Origin: an uncultured delta proteobacterium
Lineage (GTDB): Bacteria > Myxococcota > B64-G9
Reading direction: 5' to 3'
Assembly: GCA_963754925.1 (NCBI GenBank)
Contig: CAVWHX010000004.1
Coordinates: forward strand, 1,312,001 to 1,376,000
DNA: 64,000 nucleotides
In this document: piece by piece, positions 32,661 to 43,297 of the stretch
Layout of the letters: every line of letters begins with the position of its first letter
Position numbering within the stretch: the stretch's first letter is position 1
Made by a program: the position numbers and the translations under genes
The notes under the pieces: generated by a model
Told to the model about the DNA's origin: nothing
The model's input: the letters and a program-made list of their open reading frames with translations, nothing else
Databases searched by the model: none

Positions 32661-34721
32661 TTAGCGGTTGGTAGCGTTAACCAGGTCGAGCATTTCAGCA
32701 ACCGTATGAACGGGTTTGTAACACTGATTATTCTTGCACACATACGCTGTTGTTTTTCCCTCACGATCGTTCATGTGTTGTGTGAACGGAGCCAGCCTCT
32801 TGATGATGTGGTCTGATCGGTCTGAGAATTTCACCATAACAACGCATCGAGACGAGTACCGGCGCAGGTTACGGATCATATCCGTTAACACCGCGTCTGA
32901 TGCCGAGCCGGATAATACTATTTGGCATGAATTTTCTTGTGAGTACAGAAGGCCGGCCAGCAGCATCGTATGCGCTTGAGGATGGTGTTGCATGACATTT
33001 GATGCATTCTGCAAAATCAAGGAGGCTCGTTCTTCCCACACGGCGTGGCCGGTCAGTCTACTCAGGCGTATGAGATTGTAAAATGCAACGGCGTTGCCTG
33101 AGGGAAAAGCGCCATCGGCGTATTCCGCGATTCTGGCTATCATCTCCTCACCATCATGCGGTGAAAAAAGCAACGGCCCGTCTTTTTCAGAAAATTGGAC
33201 GAGCATCGATTCGGTTAAACGCGCCGCCAGATCAAGGTACTCAGGGGTAAACGTTTGCTCATAGAGCTCGATTAGACCCCAGATAAAAAAGGCGTAATCG
33301 TCAAGATTCCCCGGTATCGAAGCCTCACCGTCACGGTAGCGGTGGAGAAGCCGGTCGCCCGGCTTGAGCATGGTGGCGATAATAAAGGCGGTCGCTTTTT
33401 CCGCAGCCGACCGGTAGAGATCATCTTCAACAAGCGCCGCCCCTCTCGCTAAGGCGGCGATCATCAGCCCGTTCCAGTCGGTAAGGATCTTGTCGTCTTT
33501 TGCGGGTCGCACCCGTTTCTTCCGCGCGGCGAGGAGTTTCCTTTGAACGGAATCGAATTTTTTTCTATCCTCCGGTACGTCCATAAGGTAGGGAATGTTG
33601 ACGCCGGACGTGTTCTGAGAAGCCTCCTCGGTGAAATTACCCCCGGGGGCCAAGTTGAAGATTTTCTGCGCATAATCCGCATCAGTTTCACCAAGCGTAT
33701 TGATACATTCATCAACAGTCCAGAGGTAATACTTGCCTTCGCGTCCTTCACTGTCGGCATCCTCCGCCGAATAAAAACCTCCTTCGGGTGATGTCATGTC
33801 CCGCCCGACATATTCAAATATCTCCTTGGCCACTGAGGCATAAAAGGGATCATTGCTCGCTTGGTATGCTTCGGTAAAAGCAAGCGCGAGCATGGCCTGG
33901 TCATAGAGCATTTTCTCGAAGTGAGGCACCAGCCATTTCTCGTCTGTGGCATAACGGTGGAATCCAAACCCAATCTGGTCGTAGATCCCGCCCAATCGCA
34001 TTCGCCGCAACGTCTCCAGGGTCATCGCCCGCGCATGTTCGACACCGCGATTCTCCCCGTAACGGAGGAGGAACATACAATTGTGGGGAGATGGAAACTT
34101 TGGTGCTCCCCCAAAGCCTCCATTGACCGAATCATAGCTGGCGGCAAAAATTTCATAGGTTCGATTGAAAATATCTGAACTCAAAATTCCCCCTTTTGGG
34201 GGAACGCTAAATTTTTTAACTTCTTCCGTTGCACTCTCTGCTGAAAAATTCACCGCAGTGCGCTGATCATGCCATAGAGATCTGATCTTACCGAGGAGTT
34301 CAACAAGCCCCAACATGCCCATTCGGCTTTCCTTCGGGATATAGGTGGCAGCGAAAAAGGGCTTTTTCTCCGGGGTCATGATGATGGTCAGCGGCCAACC
34401 GCCGCTCCCGGTCATCAGTTGGCATACGTTCATGTACACTTTGTCAATGTCTGGTCGCTCCTCGCGGTCGACTTTAATGGAAACAAACGTTTCATTGAGT
34501 AGCTGTGCCACCGCGGTATCCTCGAAAGATTCACGCTCCATCACATGGCACCAGTGGCAGGTGGAATAGCCGATAGAAAGAAATATCGGTTTGTCTTCCC
34601 GGATAGCCTTCGTAAACGCATCGTTTGTCCAAGGATACCAGTCAACGGGGTTGTTACAATGCTGTATAAGATACGGGCTTTTTTGTCCTACTAAATGATT
34701 GCCTGCCTGCATGGACTTCAT
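32661..34721 (-). CDS. YyaL-like thioredoxin domain / six-hairpin glycosidase-like protein (DUF255)
   Basis: SPYL.QH..NPVDW, SIGYSTCHWCHVMERESF, GGWP, APKFP, PHFEKMLYD, DADSEG.EG. Confidence 0.93.
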   Translation of the reverse strand: MKSMQAGNHLVGQKSPYLIQHCNNPVDWYPWTNDAFTKAIREDKPIFLSIGYSTCHWCHVMERESFEDTAVAQLLNETFVSIKVDREERPDIDKVYMNVCQLMTGSGGWPLTIIMTPEKKPFFAATYIPKESRMGMLGLVELLGKIRSLWHDQRTAVNFSAESATEEVKKFSVPPKGGILSSDIFNRTYEIFAASYDSVNGGFGGAPKFPSPHNCMFLLRYGENRGVEHARAMTLETLRRMRLGGIYDQIGFGFHRYATDEKWLVPHFEKMLYDQAMLALAFTEAYQASNDPFYASVAKEIFEYVGRDMTSPEGGFYSAEDADSEGREGKYYLWTVDECINTLGETDADYAQKIFNLAPGGNFTEEASQNTSGVNIPYLMDVPEDRKKFDSVQRKLLAARKKRVRPAKDDKILTDWNGLMIAALARGAALVEDDLYRSAAEKATAFIIATMLKPGDRLLHRYRDGEASIPGNLDDYAFFIWGLIELYEQTFTPEYLDLAARLTESMLVQFSEKDGPLLFSPHDGEEMIARIAEYADGAFPSGNAVAFYNLIRLSRLTGHAVWEERASLILQNASNVMQHHPQAHTMLLAGLLYSQENSCQIVLSGSASDAVLTDMIRNLRRYSSRCVVMVKFSDRSDHIIKRLAPFTQHMNDREGKTTAYVCKNNQCYKPVHTVAEMLDLVNATNR

Positions 34722-34832
34722 CCTTTTAATGATCAGTCACCTCAGAAATGTATCTACGTTCATCTGAAGGGCAAGTAAACAACGTGAGATCCTTGCCCGG
34801 GCGGTTCTGTCGGAGAGGATGGCCATTAAACA

Positions 34833-34865
34833 ATGAAAGGCGCGATTATAAGCCGCGCCTTTCAT
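34833..34865 (-). terminator. hairpin downstream of thiolase
   Basis: ATGAAAGGCGCG...CGCGCCTTTCAT 12-bp stem just after the stop. Confidence 0.6.
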
Positions 34866-34886
34866 GTTATACCTAACTACTAGTTA

Positions 34887-36065
34887 TTACTTAACTTTTT
34901 CAACCAACAGCGCCCCAGCGTTGCCGAAAGCGCCGCACAGTGCCGCCAGACCGTATTTCTCTTTCGGGAAATCGGTCTTCAGGATGTTTAGCAACGTTAC
35001 GATCAACCGCGCGCCCGATTGTCCCAGCGGATGGCCAAGGGCAATGGCTCCACCCCATACGTTCACCCGCTTGAATGGAGCGTTTTCGTTATCCAGCTTG
35101 AGCTCTCGGATGCATACCAGGGCTTGGCTGGCAAACGCCTCGTTGAGTTCCACCGGACCGATGTCGGAGGGCTTAAGGCCCGTTCTCTTGAACAACTTCT
35201 GCATCGCCGGGATAGGACCGATGCCCATGACGGTCGGGTCGCAGCCGGCCAAAACGCCGTAGCTAAACTTGTAGTGGTATTCCAGCCCCAGCGCATCCGC
35301 CTTCTTGCGGCTCATTAATAGCAAGCAGGCAGCTCCCTGGGTCAGCGGCGACGACGTGGCCGCTGTGCAACGTCCGTCCGGTTTGTACGGCGAGGTCATG
35401 GTCGCCATCTTCGCCGGGTCCACCTTGTCCCGGATCCACTGATCGCGGTCCACCAGAAATTCCTTGCCGTCGTCGTCCACTCCCATGACCGGGATAATCT
35501 CGTTCTTGAATTTGCCTGCGTCCCGGGCCGCGGCGGCCTTCTTGTTCGACCACACCGCCATGTTGTCCATGTCCTCGCGGGAGACGTTCCACTGCTCCGC
35601 CACTTTCTCGGCGGTCGGGCCCATAGGCAGGTCGGCGCCGTTGTAGTACTTGAGAAGTCGCGGCGGGAAGTCGAAATTGGCCCCCATAGGAACTTTTTCC
35701 ATGTCCTCGACGCCGGCAGCCAGCATGATGTCGGTCTGGCCGGTCATGATCGCGCGCGCCGCATGCATGGTGGCGGACATGCCCGACGGGCACTGATTCG
35801 TCATGGTGTTGCTGGGCACCGAGTCCGGCAATCCTGAGGCCAGCCACGCCAGTCGGCCGATATCGTTCTGCACCCCCGAAATATTGGCGCAGCCGACCAA
35901 CAGCGCGTCAACATCCTCGGGTTTCACTTTCTTGTTGCGCTCAAAAATGGCCTGATAGATGACGGTGAGCAATTCATCAGGCCGAAGTTTTCTAAACCAG
36001 CCCTTTTCTCGGTGGGCTCTGCCGTTGGGAGTACGAACTCCGTCGATAAAGATGGCTTCTTCCAT
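34887..36065 (-). CDS. acetyl-CoA C-acyltransferase (thiolase)
   Basis: QCPSG catalytic Cys, NEAF, GAIALGHPLG, LCG..G. Confidence 0.94.
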   Translation of the reverse strand: MEEAIFIDGVRTPNGRAHREKGWFRKLRPDELLTVIYQAIFERNKKVKPEDVDALLVGCANISGVQNDIGRLAWLASGLPDSVPSNTMTNQCPSGMSATMHAARAIMTGQTDIMLAAGVEDMEKVPMGANFDFPPRLLKYYNGADLPMGPTAEKVAEQWNVSREDMDNMAVWSNKKAAAARDAGKFKNEIIPVMGVDDDGKEFLVDRDQWIRDKVDPAKMATMTSPYKPDGRCTAATSSPLTQGAACLLLMSRKKADALGLEYHYKFSYGVLAGCDPTVMGIGPIPAMQKLFKRTGLKPSDIGPVELNEAFASQALVCIRELKLDNENAPFKRVNVWGGAIALGHPLGQSGARLIVTLLNILKTDFPKEKYGLAALCGAFGNAGALLVEKVK

Positions 36066-36077
36066 AGGGTGGTCTCC

Positions 36078-36650
36078 TTAGCTGAACAGCGGTTGCGTAC
36101 CCATGGCGAAGGACATGTCGCCTTCGATTTTCATGGCGCCCGACATGAACAAGTTGACTGGATTGGTCTCGCGGCGCATCAGAGCCGAAGAATCTTTCGC
36201 GGTCATCTTGAACACCGAGCTTGGGGTAGTGGCACCGTTGAGGATGGTTTGAATTTTAAGGATGCTGCCGTCATCTCCGGTGAGCTCGGCCACAAAGCTG
36301 CCCTTGAGGGAGTTCAGGGCGTTGTACTTGGCTTTATTCAGGCCGTTCTGAATGCCGGTGATCATGTCGAGGTTTCCGTTCTTGATCATTTTCTCGACGT
36401 CTTCCTTGGCGATCTTAATCCGTAGCTTCGGTTTGGGCATGTCTCCCTTGGCATACACGACCTCAGAGCCGTTTTTCAGGTTGTAGCTATACAGCTCGCC
36501 CGAAATGTCCATGACCATGGTGATCTCGGTGCCGGCAAGTTCGGTCGGCGCCTTGGAATTAGCGAGTTGCTCTTTAATGATTTTCGGCATCAACTCGGCG
36601 AAGAGTGAATTTACGCTGGTATCTTTCGGTACGGTTGGTAATGCGACCAT
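36078..36650 (-). CDS. SCP2 sterol/lipid-binding domain protein
   Basis: NPVNLFMSGAMKIEGDM C-terminal SCP2 signature, preceded by a degenerate SCP2-like half. Confidence 0.75.
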   Translation of the reverse strand: MVALPTVPKDTSVNSLFAELMPKIIKEQLANSKAPTELAGTEITMVMDISGELYSYNLKNGSEVVYAKGDMPKPKLRIKIAKEDVEKMIKNGNLDMITGIQNGLNKAKYNALNSLKGSFVAELTGDDGSILKIQTILNGATTPSSVFKMTAKDSSALMRRETNPVNLFMSGAMKIEGDMSFAMGTQPLFS

Positions 36651-36775
36651 GGGATTCCTCCTTCTACTTCTGTTAGAGATAGATAAAACTGACACGACAG
36701 TTTTATCGGGTTAAAATAACTCACCACTCAAAGTAATTTTTCCATTGACAATTTCAGTCCAATACATTCTATATT

Positions 36776-36791
36776 GACTGACATGTCAGTC
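36776..36791. promoter_or_regulatory. palindromic operator candidate in divergent promoter region
   Basis: Perfect 16-bp palindrome GACTGACATGTCAGTC downstream of TTGACA (36745); related site GATAAAACTG-N6-CAGTTTTATC at 36682..36707. Confidence 0.65.
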
Positions 36792-36906
36792 TTAATTTAT
36801 TTAGAAGTTAAGTCAATAGTATTTTTTACCGTAACTATGCGAACGAGGTATATGTGCGATACGTCCCGAATTAACTGAAGAAAAACGTGATCCAGACGCA
36901 AGGAGA

Positions 36907-38022
36907 ATGGCAATGGAAGAAAGAGAATTCAGTTTTCGAATGTCTGAGGAGCAGGGCAGCATGAAGACGACCATCGCGCGGCTGATGAAGAGCGTGGTGG
37001 TGAACAAGGCGCATGAGATGGACGAAAAGCGGGCGATACCGAACGAGTTCATCCAGAAGGTATGGGAACTCGGGACGGCGGTATCGGGGATACCGGAGGA
37101 GTACGGCGGGTACGGGATGGAGTATTCGCCGATCATGAACGCGATCGTGCTGGAGGAGTTAGCGGCAGGGGACATGGCGTTGGCGATCGCTGCGACGCTG
37201 CCGTCGATGTTCATGTACCCGTTGTTGGAGATGGGGACGGATGAGCAGAAGAAGAAGTACCTACCGCTGTACTGCGATGCGGCGACGTTCAAGGCGTGTA
37301 CGGTGGCAATAAACGAGCCGCGGTTTCGGTTTGATGCGGTTGCGCTGGAAACCAAGGCCGAGAAACAGGGCAAAGGCTACGTGCTAAACGGCAAGAAATG
37401 TTTTGTGCCGCTGGCCAAGAGCGCGGGGCACCTGTTGGTGGCGGCGACGACTGAAGGCAAGAAAGAGCTGTTCATCGTGGCCGGCGACAATCCTGGATTG
37501 AAGGTAGGGAATCGGGAGAAGAACCTGGGGTTGTACGCATTGGAGACGTACCCGGTGGTATTGGAGAACTGTGCGGTAGCGCCGGAGGACATGGTAGGCG
37601 GCGAGAAAGGGTGCAATTACGATCGATTTTTACAAAAGACGCGGATAGCCCTGTCGGCGATGGGGACGGGGGTATCGCGGGCGTCGTTTGAATATTCGCG
37701 GGATTATGCGAAGGAGCGGGTGCAGTTTGGAGAGCCGATAGCGAGCCGGCAGGCGATCGCGTTCATGATAGCGGAAATGGCGTACGAGGTAGACGCGATG
37801 CGGCTTCTGACGTGGAAGGCGGCTTCGGCGTTGGAGGCCGGGCGCGACGCGAAGCGCGAGGCGTATTTAGCGAAGCTGTATGCGGGAGAGATGACGATGA
37901 AGCTGACGGATTACGGGGTGCAGATATTGGGCGGGCACGGGTATATCCGGGAGAATCCGGTGGAGCGATACTACCGGAACGGGCGCGGCATCGCGATACT
38001 CGAAGGCATGGCAATGGTATAA
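36907..38022 (+). CDS. acyl-CoA dehydrogenase family protein
   Basis: IPEEYGG, LNGKK.FV, ERVQFG.PI, ILGGHGY.RENPVERYYR. Confidence 0.93.
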   Translation: MAMEEREFSFRMSEEQGSMKTTIARLMKSVVVNKAHEMDEKRAIPNEFIQKVWELGTAVSGIPEEYGGYGMEYSPIMNAIVLEELAAGDMALAIAATLPSMFMYPLLEMGTDEQKKKYLPLYCDAATFKACTVAINEPRFRFDAVALETKAEKQGKGYVLNGKKCFVPLAKSAGHLLVAATTEGKKELFIVAGDNPGLKVGNREKNLGLYALETYPVVLENCAVAPEDMVGGEKGCNYDRFLQKTRIALSAMGTGVSRASFEYSRDYAKERVQFGEPIASRQAIAFMIAEMAYEVDAMRLLTWKAASALEAGRDAKREAYLAKLYAGEMTMKLTDYGVQILGGHGYIRENPVERYYRNGRGIAILEGMAMV

Positions 38023-38049
38023 CGGACGACGGAACTGGAGGAAAAACAA

Positions 38050-39252
38050 ATGATAAACCTTGAAATAACACAGAAGATGGCCGAGATACGGGCCGGGATG
38101 AACAACATGGCGAAAGGGATGCTGCGGCCGATATCGCGGCATTACGACGAGCACGAGCACGAGTATCCGAAGGAGCTGGATGTCTTTCGAAACGTGAAGG
38201 TGATGGCGCGGCCGAAGAAGAAGAAGAAGGAAGAAGGAGCGGCGCCGAAGCCCGAGAAGCCGGGTTCGCAGAGAATAGGAGCGAACCTGGGGATGGTAAT
38301 GACGATCGAGGAGATGTGCTGGGGCGATTTAGGTCTGCTGTTGTCGTTTCCGAACGCTGGGTTAGGGAACGCGGCGATCATCGCGGTAGCGACAGACGAG
38401 CAGATGGAGCAGTTTGGGAACAAGTGGGCGTCGATGGCGATCACGGAGCCGGGGGCGGGGTCTGATTCGGGGTCGATCACGGCGAAGGCAAAGCTGGACG
38501 GAAACGAGTGGGTAATCAACGGAGAGAAGATCTTTGTGACCTGCGCGGAGCGAGCGGAAGTGGCGGTGGTGTGGGCGACGGTGGATAAGAGCGCGGGCAA
38601 GGCCGGGATCAAGTCGTTTTTGGTGGAGAAGGGACGGCCGGGGTTCAAGCTTGAGAAATTGGAGCACAAGCTGGGGATACGGGCGTCTGACACGGGTACG
38701 TACGTGTTCGATGACTGCCGGATCCCGAAGGAGAATGTCTTAGGGAGCGCGGAAGTGAAGCAGGGGACGGAAGGGTTCAAGGGAGCGATGAAGACGTTTG
38801 ACAACACGCGGCCGCTGGTGGCGTCGATGGCGTTGGGGGTGACGCGGGCGGCGGTGGATTTCACACGGGAGAAGATCGAGGAGAGCGGGATCAAGCTGGA
38901 TTACGAGCGGAACGCGACAAACGTTAGCGGGTTGGAGCGAGAGTTTTATATGATGGAAGCGAATTTGGAAGCGATGCGGCTCTTGACGTGGCGGGCGGCG
39001 TGGATGATGGACAACGGGGAGTTCAACAATCTTGAGGCGTCGATGGCGAAGGCGAAGTCGGGGAGGTACGGCACGTTGATAGCGCAGCGGTGCTGCGAGT
39101 TATTGGGGCCGTTGGGGTTTTCGTGCGAGCAGCTGGCGGAGAAGTGGATGCGGGACGTGAAGATAACGGACATTTTCGAGGGCACGGGGCAAATTCAGCA
39201 CCTGATCATTGCCCGGAACGTGTTGGAATATTCGAGCAAGCAGCTTCGGTAA
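38050..39252 (+). CDS. acyl-CoA dehydrogenase family protein
   Basis: AITEPGAGSD, NGEKIFVT, KLGIRASDT, DIFEGTGQIQ. Confidence 0.93.
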   Translation: MINLEITQKMAEIRAGMNNMAKGMLRPISRHYDEHEHEYPKELDVFRNVKVMARPKKKKKEEGAAPKPEKPGSQRIGANLGMVMTIEEMCWGDLGLLLSFPNAGLGNAAIIAVATDEQMEQFGNKWASMAITEPGAGSDSGSITAKAKLDGNEWVINGEKIFVTCAERAEVAVVWATVDKSAGKAGIKSFLVEKGRPGFKLEKLEHKLGIRASDTGTYVFDDCRIPKENVLGSAEVKQGTEGFKGAMKTFDNTRPLVASMALGVTRAAVDFTREKIEESGIKLDYERNATNVSGLEREFYMMEANLEAMRLLTWRAAWMMDNGEFNNLEASMAKAKSGRYGTLIAQRCCELLGPLGFSCEQLAEKWMRDVKITDIFEGTGQIQHLIIARNVLEYSSKQLR

Positions 39253-39286
39253 CAGGTCTCAATACTTTATACTAAGGAGAGTAGCC

Positions 39287-40451
39287 ATGAACATTAACGA
39301 CGTAAAGAAGATCGCGATAATCGGGTCCGGAGCAATGGGGCACGGGATCGCGCAGGTATGCGCGCAGGCGGGGTATCTGGTAGTGATGCGGGACATCAAG
39401 CAGGAGTTTTTGGACAACGCGGTATCCAAGGTTCGGGAAAGCCTAGGGATTTTAGTGAGCAAGGGAAAGCTGAGCCAGCCGGCCATGGATACGGCGATGG
39501 GGAATCTGAAGACGACGCTGGACATGAAGGAAGCGATTGCGGGGTCGCAGATTGTGGTGGAGGCGGTGCCCGAGATCATGGATCTGAAGAAGAAGGTGTT
39601 TACGGAGATATCGAATCTGGCGTCGGCGGATGCGATATTGGCGACGAACACGTCGACCATGAGCATATCGGAGATCGGCAACGTGGTAAAAAACCCGACG
39701 AGGTTTGTGGGGCTGCACTTTTTCAACCCGGTGAATCGGATGAAGCTGGTGGAAGTGATCTACGGGAACAAGACGAACGATGCGACGGCGGACTTGCTGT
39801 GCGAGGTATCGAAGAAGATAGAGAAGGTGCCGGTGAAGGTGCTGAAGGACCGGCCGGGGTTCATCGTGAACCGGATCAGCGCGCCGGTGCAGGCGTTGTT
39901 GTCGGCGATATTGGACGAGGGAAAGATACAACCGCAGGAATTGGATGCGGTTCTTAAAAGGATGGGTGCGAAGATGGGACCGTTCGAGGTGGCGGATTAT
40001 GTGGGGCTGGACGTATTCTGCCACATACTGGAGTACTACGCGAAGACGCTGAATCCGAAGTACAAACCCGGCAGGTATCTGACCTCGAAGGTGCAGAAGA
40101 ACGAGCTGGGAATGAAGACGGGCAAGGGCATCTACACGTGGAAGGACGGCAAGGCGGTAATCGACACGTCGAAGGAGACGCAGGACATCACGCCGGTGCA
40201 CCTGCTGTCGGTGCAGGTGAACGAAGCGGTGAAGGTTTGGAAGGAAGGGCTGGCGCAGTCGATCCAGGACATCGACGATGCGGTGAAATTCGGGATGAAT
40301 GCGTTTGCAGGGCCGTTTGCGTTGGCGTCGGGGATGCAGCCGGAGCAGGTGGCGGGAGCGCTGAACGCCCTGCAGGAAACGCTACGGCTTGGATTTCCTC
40401 AAGCCCGAACCTGAAATCGTCGACGGGTCCTTCAAAACCATTGGACGATAA
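39287..40451 (+). CDS. 3-hydroxyacyl-CoA dehydrogenase (frameshift near 40375)
   Basis: IIGSGAMGHGIA, EAVPE...LK, TNTST, LHFFNP, PGFIVNR, GM.TGKGIY. Confidence 0.92.
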
Positions 40452-40595
40452 ACGCAGCTACTTGTAGCTATTCCTATCTTGACTCAACGGTTGTCAATAC
40501 AACCTGTCGCTGCGGCTGATTTTACTTTCAAAGCAGTGCACGATCTTTGGCAGGTGTCGCAAGCTAAAAATTTATAACATATCGCAGGGATGTTA

Positions 40596-41312
40596 TTATT
40601 TGAGATCTCCTGCCTTAATAGATTCCTCAATCAATTGGTGATAGTTAGATGTCTTTGCTCTATCAATATATTTCTGCAATTTCACCATTTTCATCATTCC
40701 CTTTAAAGCTTTAAAGGGCAACTTTTTAATCTGGTTGTTTGTTATTCCTTTTGGCAAGCCACTGCCGAGGTCTGGATCCGTCATGAATGTCACCTTGGTA
40801 TGTTCTCTATCACCCGGAATCCATTCAAGGGTGAGCTCATTAGATAATGACGGCATTCTCACATATCCTTCACCTGAATCGTAACTCATCTCATTGGTTG
40901 ACTTGGTTAAGATGATACTAGTGCCTGTTTCAGGATTATAGGTTCTGCTGCTATTAAGCACCACATCCCGGTCGGTCAACAGAGGAATATGCTGACGCAA
41001 CCAAAAAATAAAAATATCTTTCTCTTCATCGACGACTTTTAGTACTTTTGTTGCCTTGCAATCATACATCCATTCCGGAAAATTCGGAATATCCCTGAGA
41101 ACCATCGCAACGACTTCCATTCTGGCGGGGATGACACAAGTAGCTTTGGCCGCGATATACGGCTTCCCCTCAACCGGACTCGTATAGGTCTGGCATCCAT
41201 CTTCAGTGTCTTCAAGCTTCCATTGATACTTCTCTGCATTCTGGGCAAAACTGGTTGAAGCGACAATAGAAAGTAAAAATAACCATGTGAAGATAGCATT
41301 TTTCTTAACCAT
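40596..41312 (-). CDS. exported START-domain protein, paralog C
   Basis: Signal peptide, W.L....DG...Y, EW..DC, PLLTDRD.V, GYVRM, TKVT....DLG..LP pattern of START/SRPBCC lipid-binding proteins. Confidence 0.78.
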   Translation of the reverse strand: MVKKNAIFTWLFLLSIVASTSFAQNAEKYQWKLEDTEDGCQTYTSPVEGKPYIAAKATCVIPARMEVVAMVLRDIPNFPEWMYDCKATKVLKVVDEEKDIFIFWLRQHIPLLTDRDVVLNSSRTYNPETGTSIILTKSTNEMSYDSGEGYVRMPSLSNELTLEWIPGDREHTKVTFMTDPDLGSGLPKGITNNQIKKLPFKALKGMMKMVKLQKYIDRAKTSNYHQLIEESIKAGDLK

Positions 41313-41392
41313 GAAAAACCTCCTCGGAGATCCAAGAAATAAACAATCCACAGGTGGGCGGCAATACATCTTAAGAATATATTGTGGTGGTC

Positions 41393-42100
41393 TTACGGTT
41401 TAAGAGTACCATCCTTAATGCCTTCCTCGGTCAACTTGGCATATTTGGATGTTTTGGCGCTATCGATATATTTCTGCAATTTCACCATTTTCATCAATCC
41501 ATTTAAAGATTTAAAAGTTGATTTTTTGATTGTAGAATTCGACATTCCTTTTGGCAGGCCTTTGCCGAGGTCTGGGTCCGACATGTACGTCACCTTGGTG
41601 TGTTCTCTATCAACCCATTCAAGAGTGTATTCTGATGTCAATGAAGGCATTCTCACATATCCTTGACCCGAATCGTAAGGCATTTCGTCTGTTGCGTTGA
41701 CTTTGATATGAGCAAACCCCGGGTGTTCTTCACTTTCAGTCTTGAGCACCACATCTCTGTCGGTCAACAGAGGAATATGCTGACGGAGCCAGAAAATAAA
41801 AATATCTTTCTCGTCATCTACAGTCTTTAACACTTTCGTTTCTTTACAATCAAACAGCCATTCCGGTAAATTCGGAATATCCCTGAGAACCATGCCAATT
41901 ACTTCTATCCGAGCGGGGATAACACAGGTGGTTTTGGCCGCGATATACTCTTTGCCGGCAACTTTACTTACATATGTCTGGCATCCATCTTCCGTGTCTT
42001 CAAGCTTCCATTGATACTTATCGGCAGTCTGGGCAAGACTGGTTGTGGCGGCAACAAAAAGCATCAATGCAGTAATGATAAAAACGTGTTTCTTGGCCAT
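41393..42100 (-). CDS. exported START-domain protein, paralog B
   Basis: Same motifs; long identical stretches shared with neighbours (KYQWKLEDT, FWLRQHIPLLTDRDVVL). Confidence 0.78.
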   Translation of the reverse strand: MAKKHVFIITALMLFVAATTSLAQTADKYQWKLEDTEDGCQTYVSKVAGKEYIAAKTTCVIPARIEVIGMVLRDIPNLPEWLFDCKETKVLKTVDDEKDIFIFWLRQHIPLLTDRDVVLKTESEEHPGFAHIKVNATDEMPYDSGQGYVRMPSLTSEYTLEWVDREHTKVTYMSDPDLGKGLPKGMSNSTIKKSTFKSLNGLMKMVKLQKYIDSAKTSKYAKLTEEGIKDGTLKP

Positions 42101-42354
42101 AATAAACCTCCTGTTCCTTTGTAAATATTGTTATTCTGAAAGCTTGATCACCCGGTGCCTCTGCAATTTAACTTAACGATCGATACGATTGGGTAATTCA
42201 GTGATCAACAGAAAAAGTTTGTCAAGGAATATTAATGACGACGATATCACCTACGTTTCCCCTGGATTCCGACCTGCGGACGAATGACCAAGCGTAAATG
42301 GAAGAAAATACCTATTTGAAAGACGACTACGAGAATTTTTAAAAGAAAGTAATA

Positions 42355-43059
42355 TTATTTGAGCGTACCATCCTTGAGGGCATCATCAACTAGTTTGGCA
42401 TATTTAGTTGTTTTGACGCCATCAATGTATTTCTGCTCTTTTACCACTTTCTTCAAAGCCTTGAGAGATTTAAAGGGGTTCTTCTTGATTTGGGAGTTTG
42501 TTATCCCTTTGGGCAGGCCTTTGCCGAGGTCTGGCTCTATCATAAACGTCACCTTGGTGTGTCCTTGGTCAACCCATTCAAGCAAGTACTCCGAGTAAAA
42601 CGCAGGCATTCTAACATAACCTTCACCCGAATCGTAAGGCATTTCGTTTGTTAACGCAGTTTTGATCAAGGAATATTCTGGGCGGATTTGAACGTCAGTT
42701 TTAAGAACTACATCCCTATCTGTCAATAGAGGAATATGCTGACGCAACCAGAAAATAATAACGTCTTTCTCGTCATCGACAACTTTCAGTATTTTTGTAT
42801 CTTTACAATCATCCATCCATTCCTTGAAATTCGGGATATCTCTGAGAATGTAGCCGATTACATCTATTCGGGCGGCTATCGTGCAGGTGGTTTTAGCCGC
42901 GATGAACGGTTTCCCGGCAATAACGCTCGTATATATCTGACATCCATCATCAGTATCTTCAAGCTTCCATTGGTATTTATCGGTGCCCTGGGCAAGACTG
43001 GTTGAAGCGACCGCTAAAAGTAATAGTGCCGTGGAGACGATAGCGCATTTTTTAAACAT
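42355..43059 (-). CDS. exported START-domain protein, paralog A
   Basis: Same motifs; GGAGG RBS. Confidence 0.78.
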   Translation of the reverse strand: MFKKCAIVSTALLLLAVASTSLAQGTDKYQWKLEDTDDGCQIYTSVIAGKPFIAAKTTCTIAARIDVIGYILRDIPNFKEWMDDCKDTKILKVVDDEKDVIIFWLRQHIPLLTDRDVVLKTDVQIRPEYSLIKTALTNEMPYDSGEGYVRMPAFYSEYLLEWVDQGHTKVTFMIEPDLGKGLPKGITNSQIKKNPFKSLKALKKVVKEQKYIDGVKTTKYAKLVDDALKDGTLK

Positions 43060-43297
43060 GAACAACCTCCTGTGAATTGTGTAGATGAAATCCCTCTACC
43101 GGTCTTGATCACTTTCGTCATCTTCAGTATTCTTAAAAACAAATAGAATTTTGGAACTCATCGCATACAAGAAACTGTTTGTCAAGGAATAAGAAGATTT
43201 GGTAGTGTCTCAGTTTACCAGAGGCTTACGGGTGTTCGGCAGGCGACCGTCTACACCTTGGTAACTACTCTCGTTGAGGAACCCAAAGGAGAAGCTT

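Noticed and set aside
37763..40201. Long antisense and alternate-frame ORFs over the dehydrogenase genes (also over the hydrogenase, rpoD and the lipoprotein)
   Set aside because: Shadow ORFs expected from codon bias; no recognisable motifs
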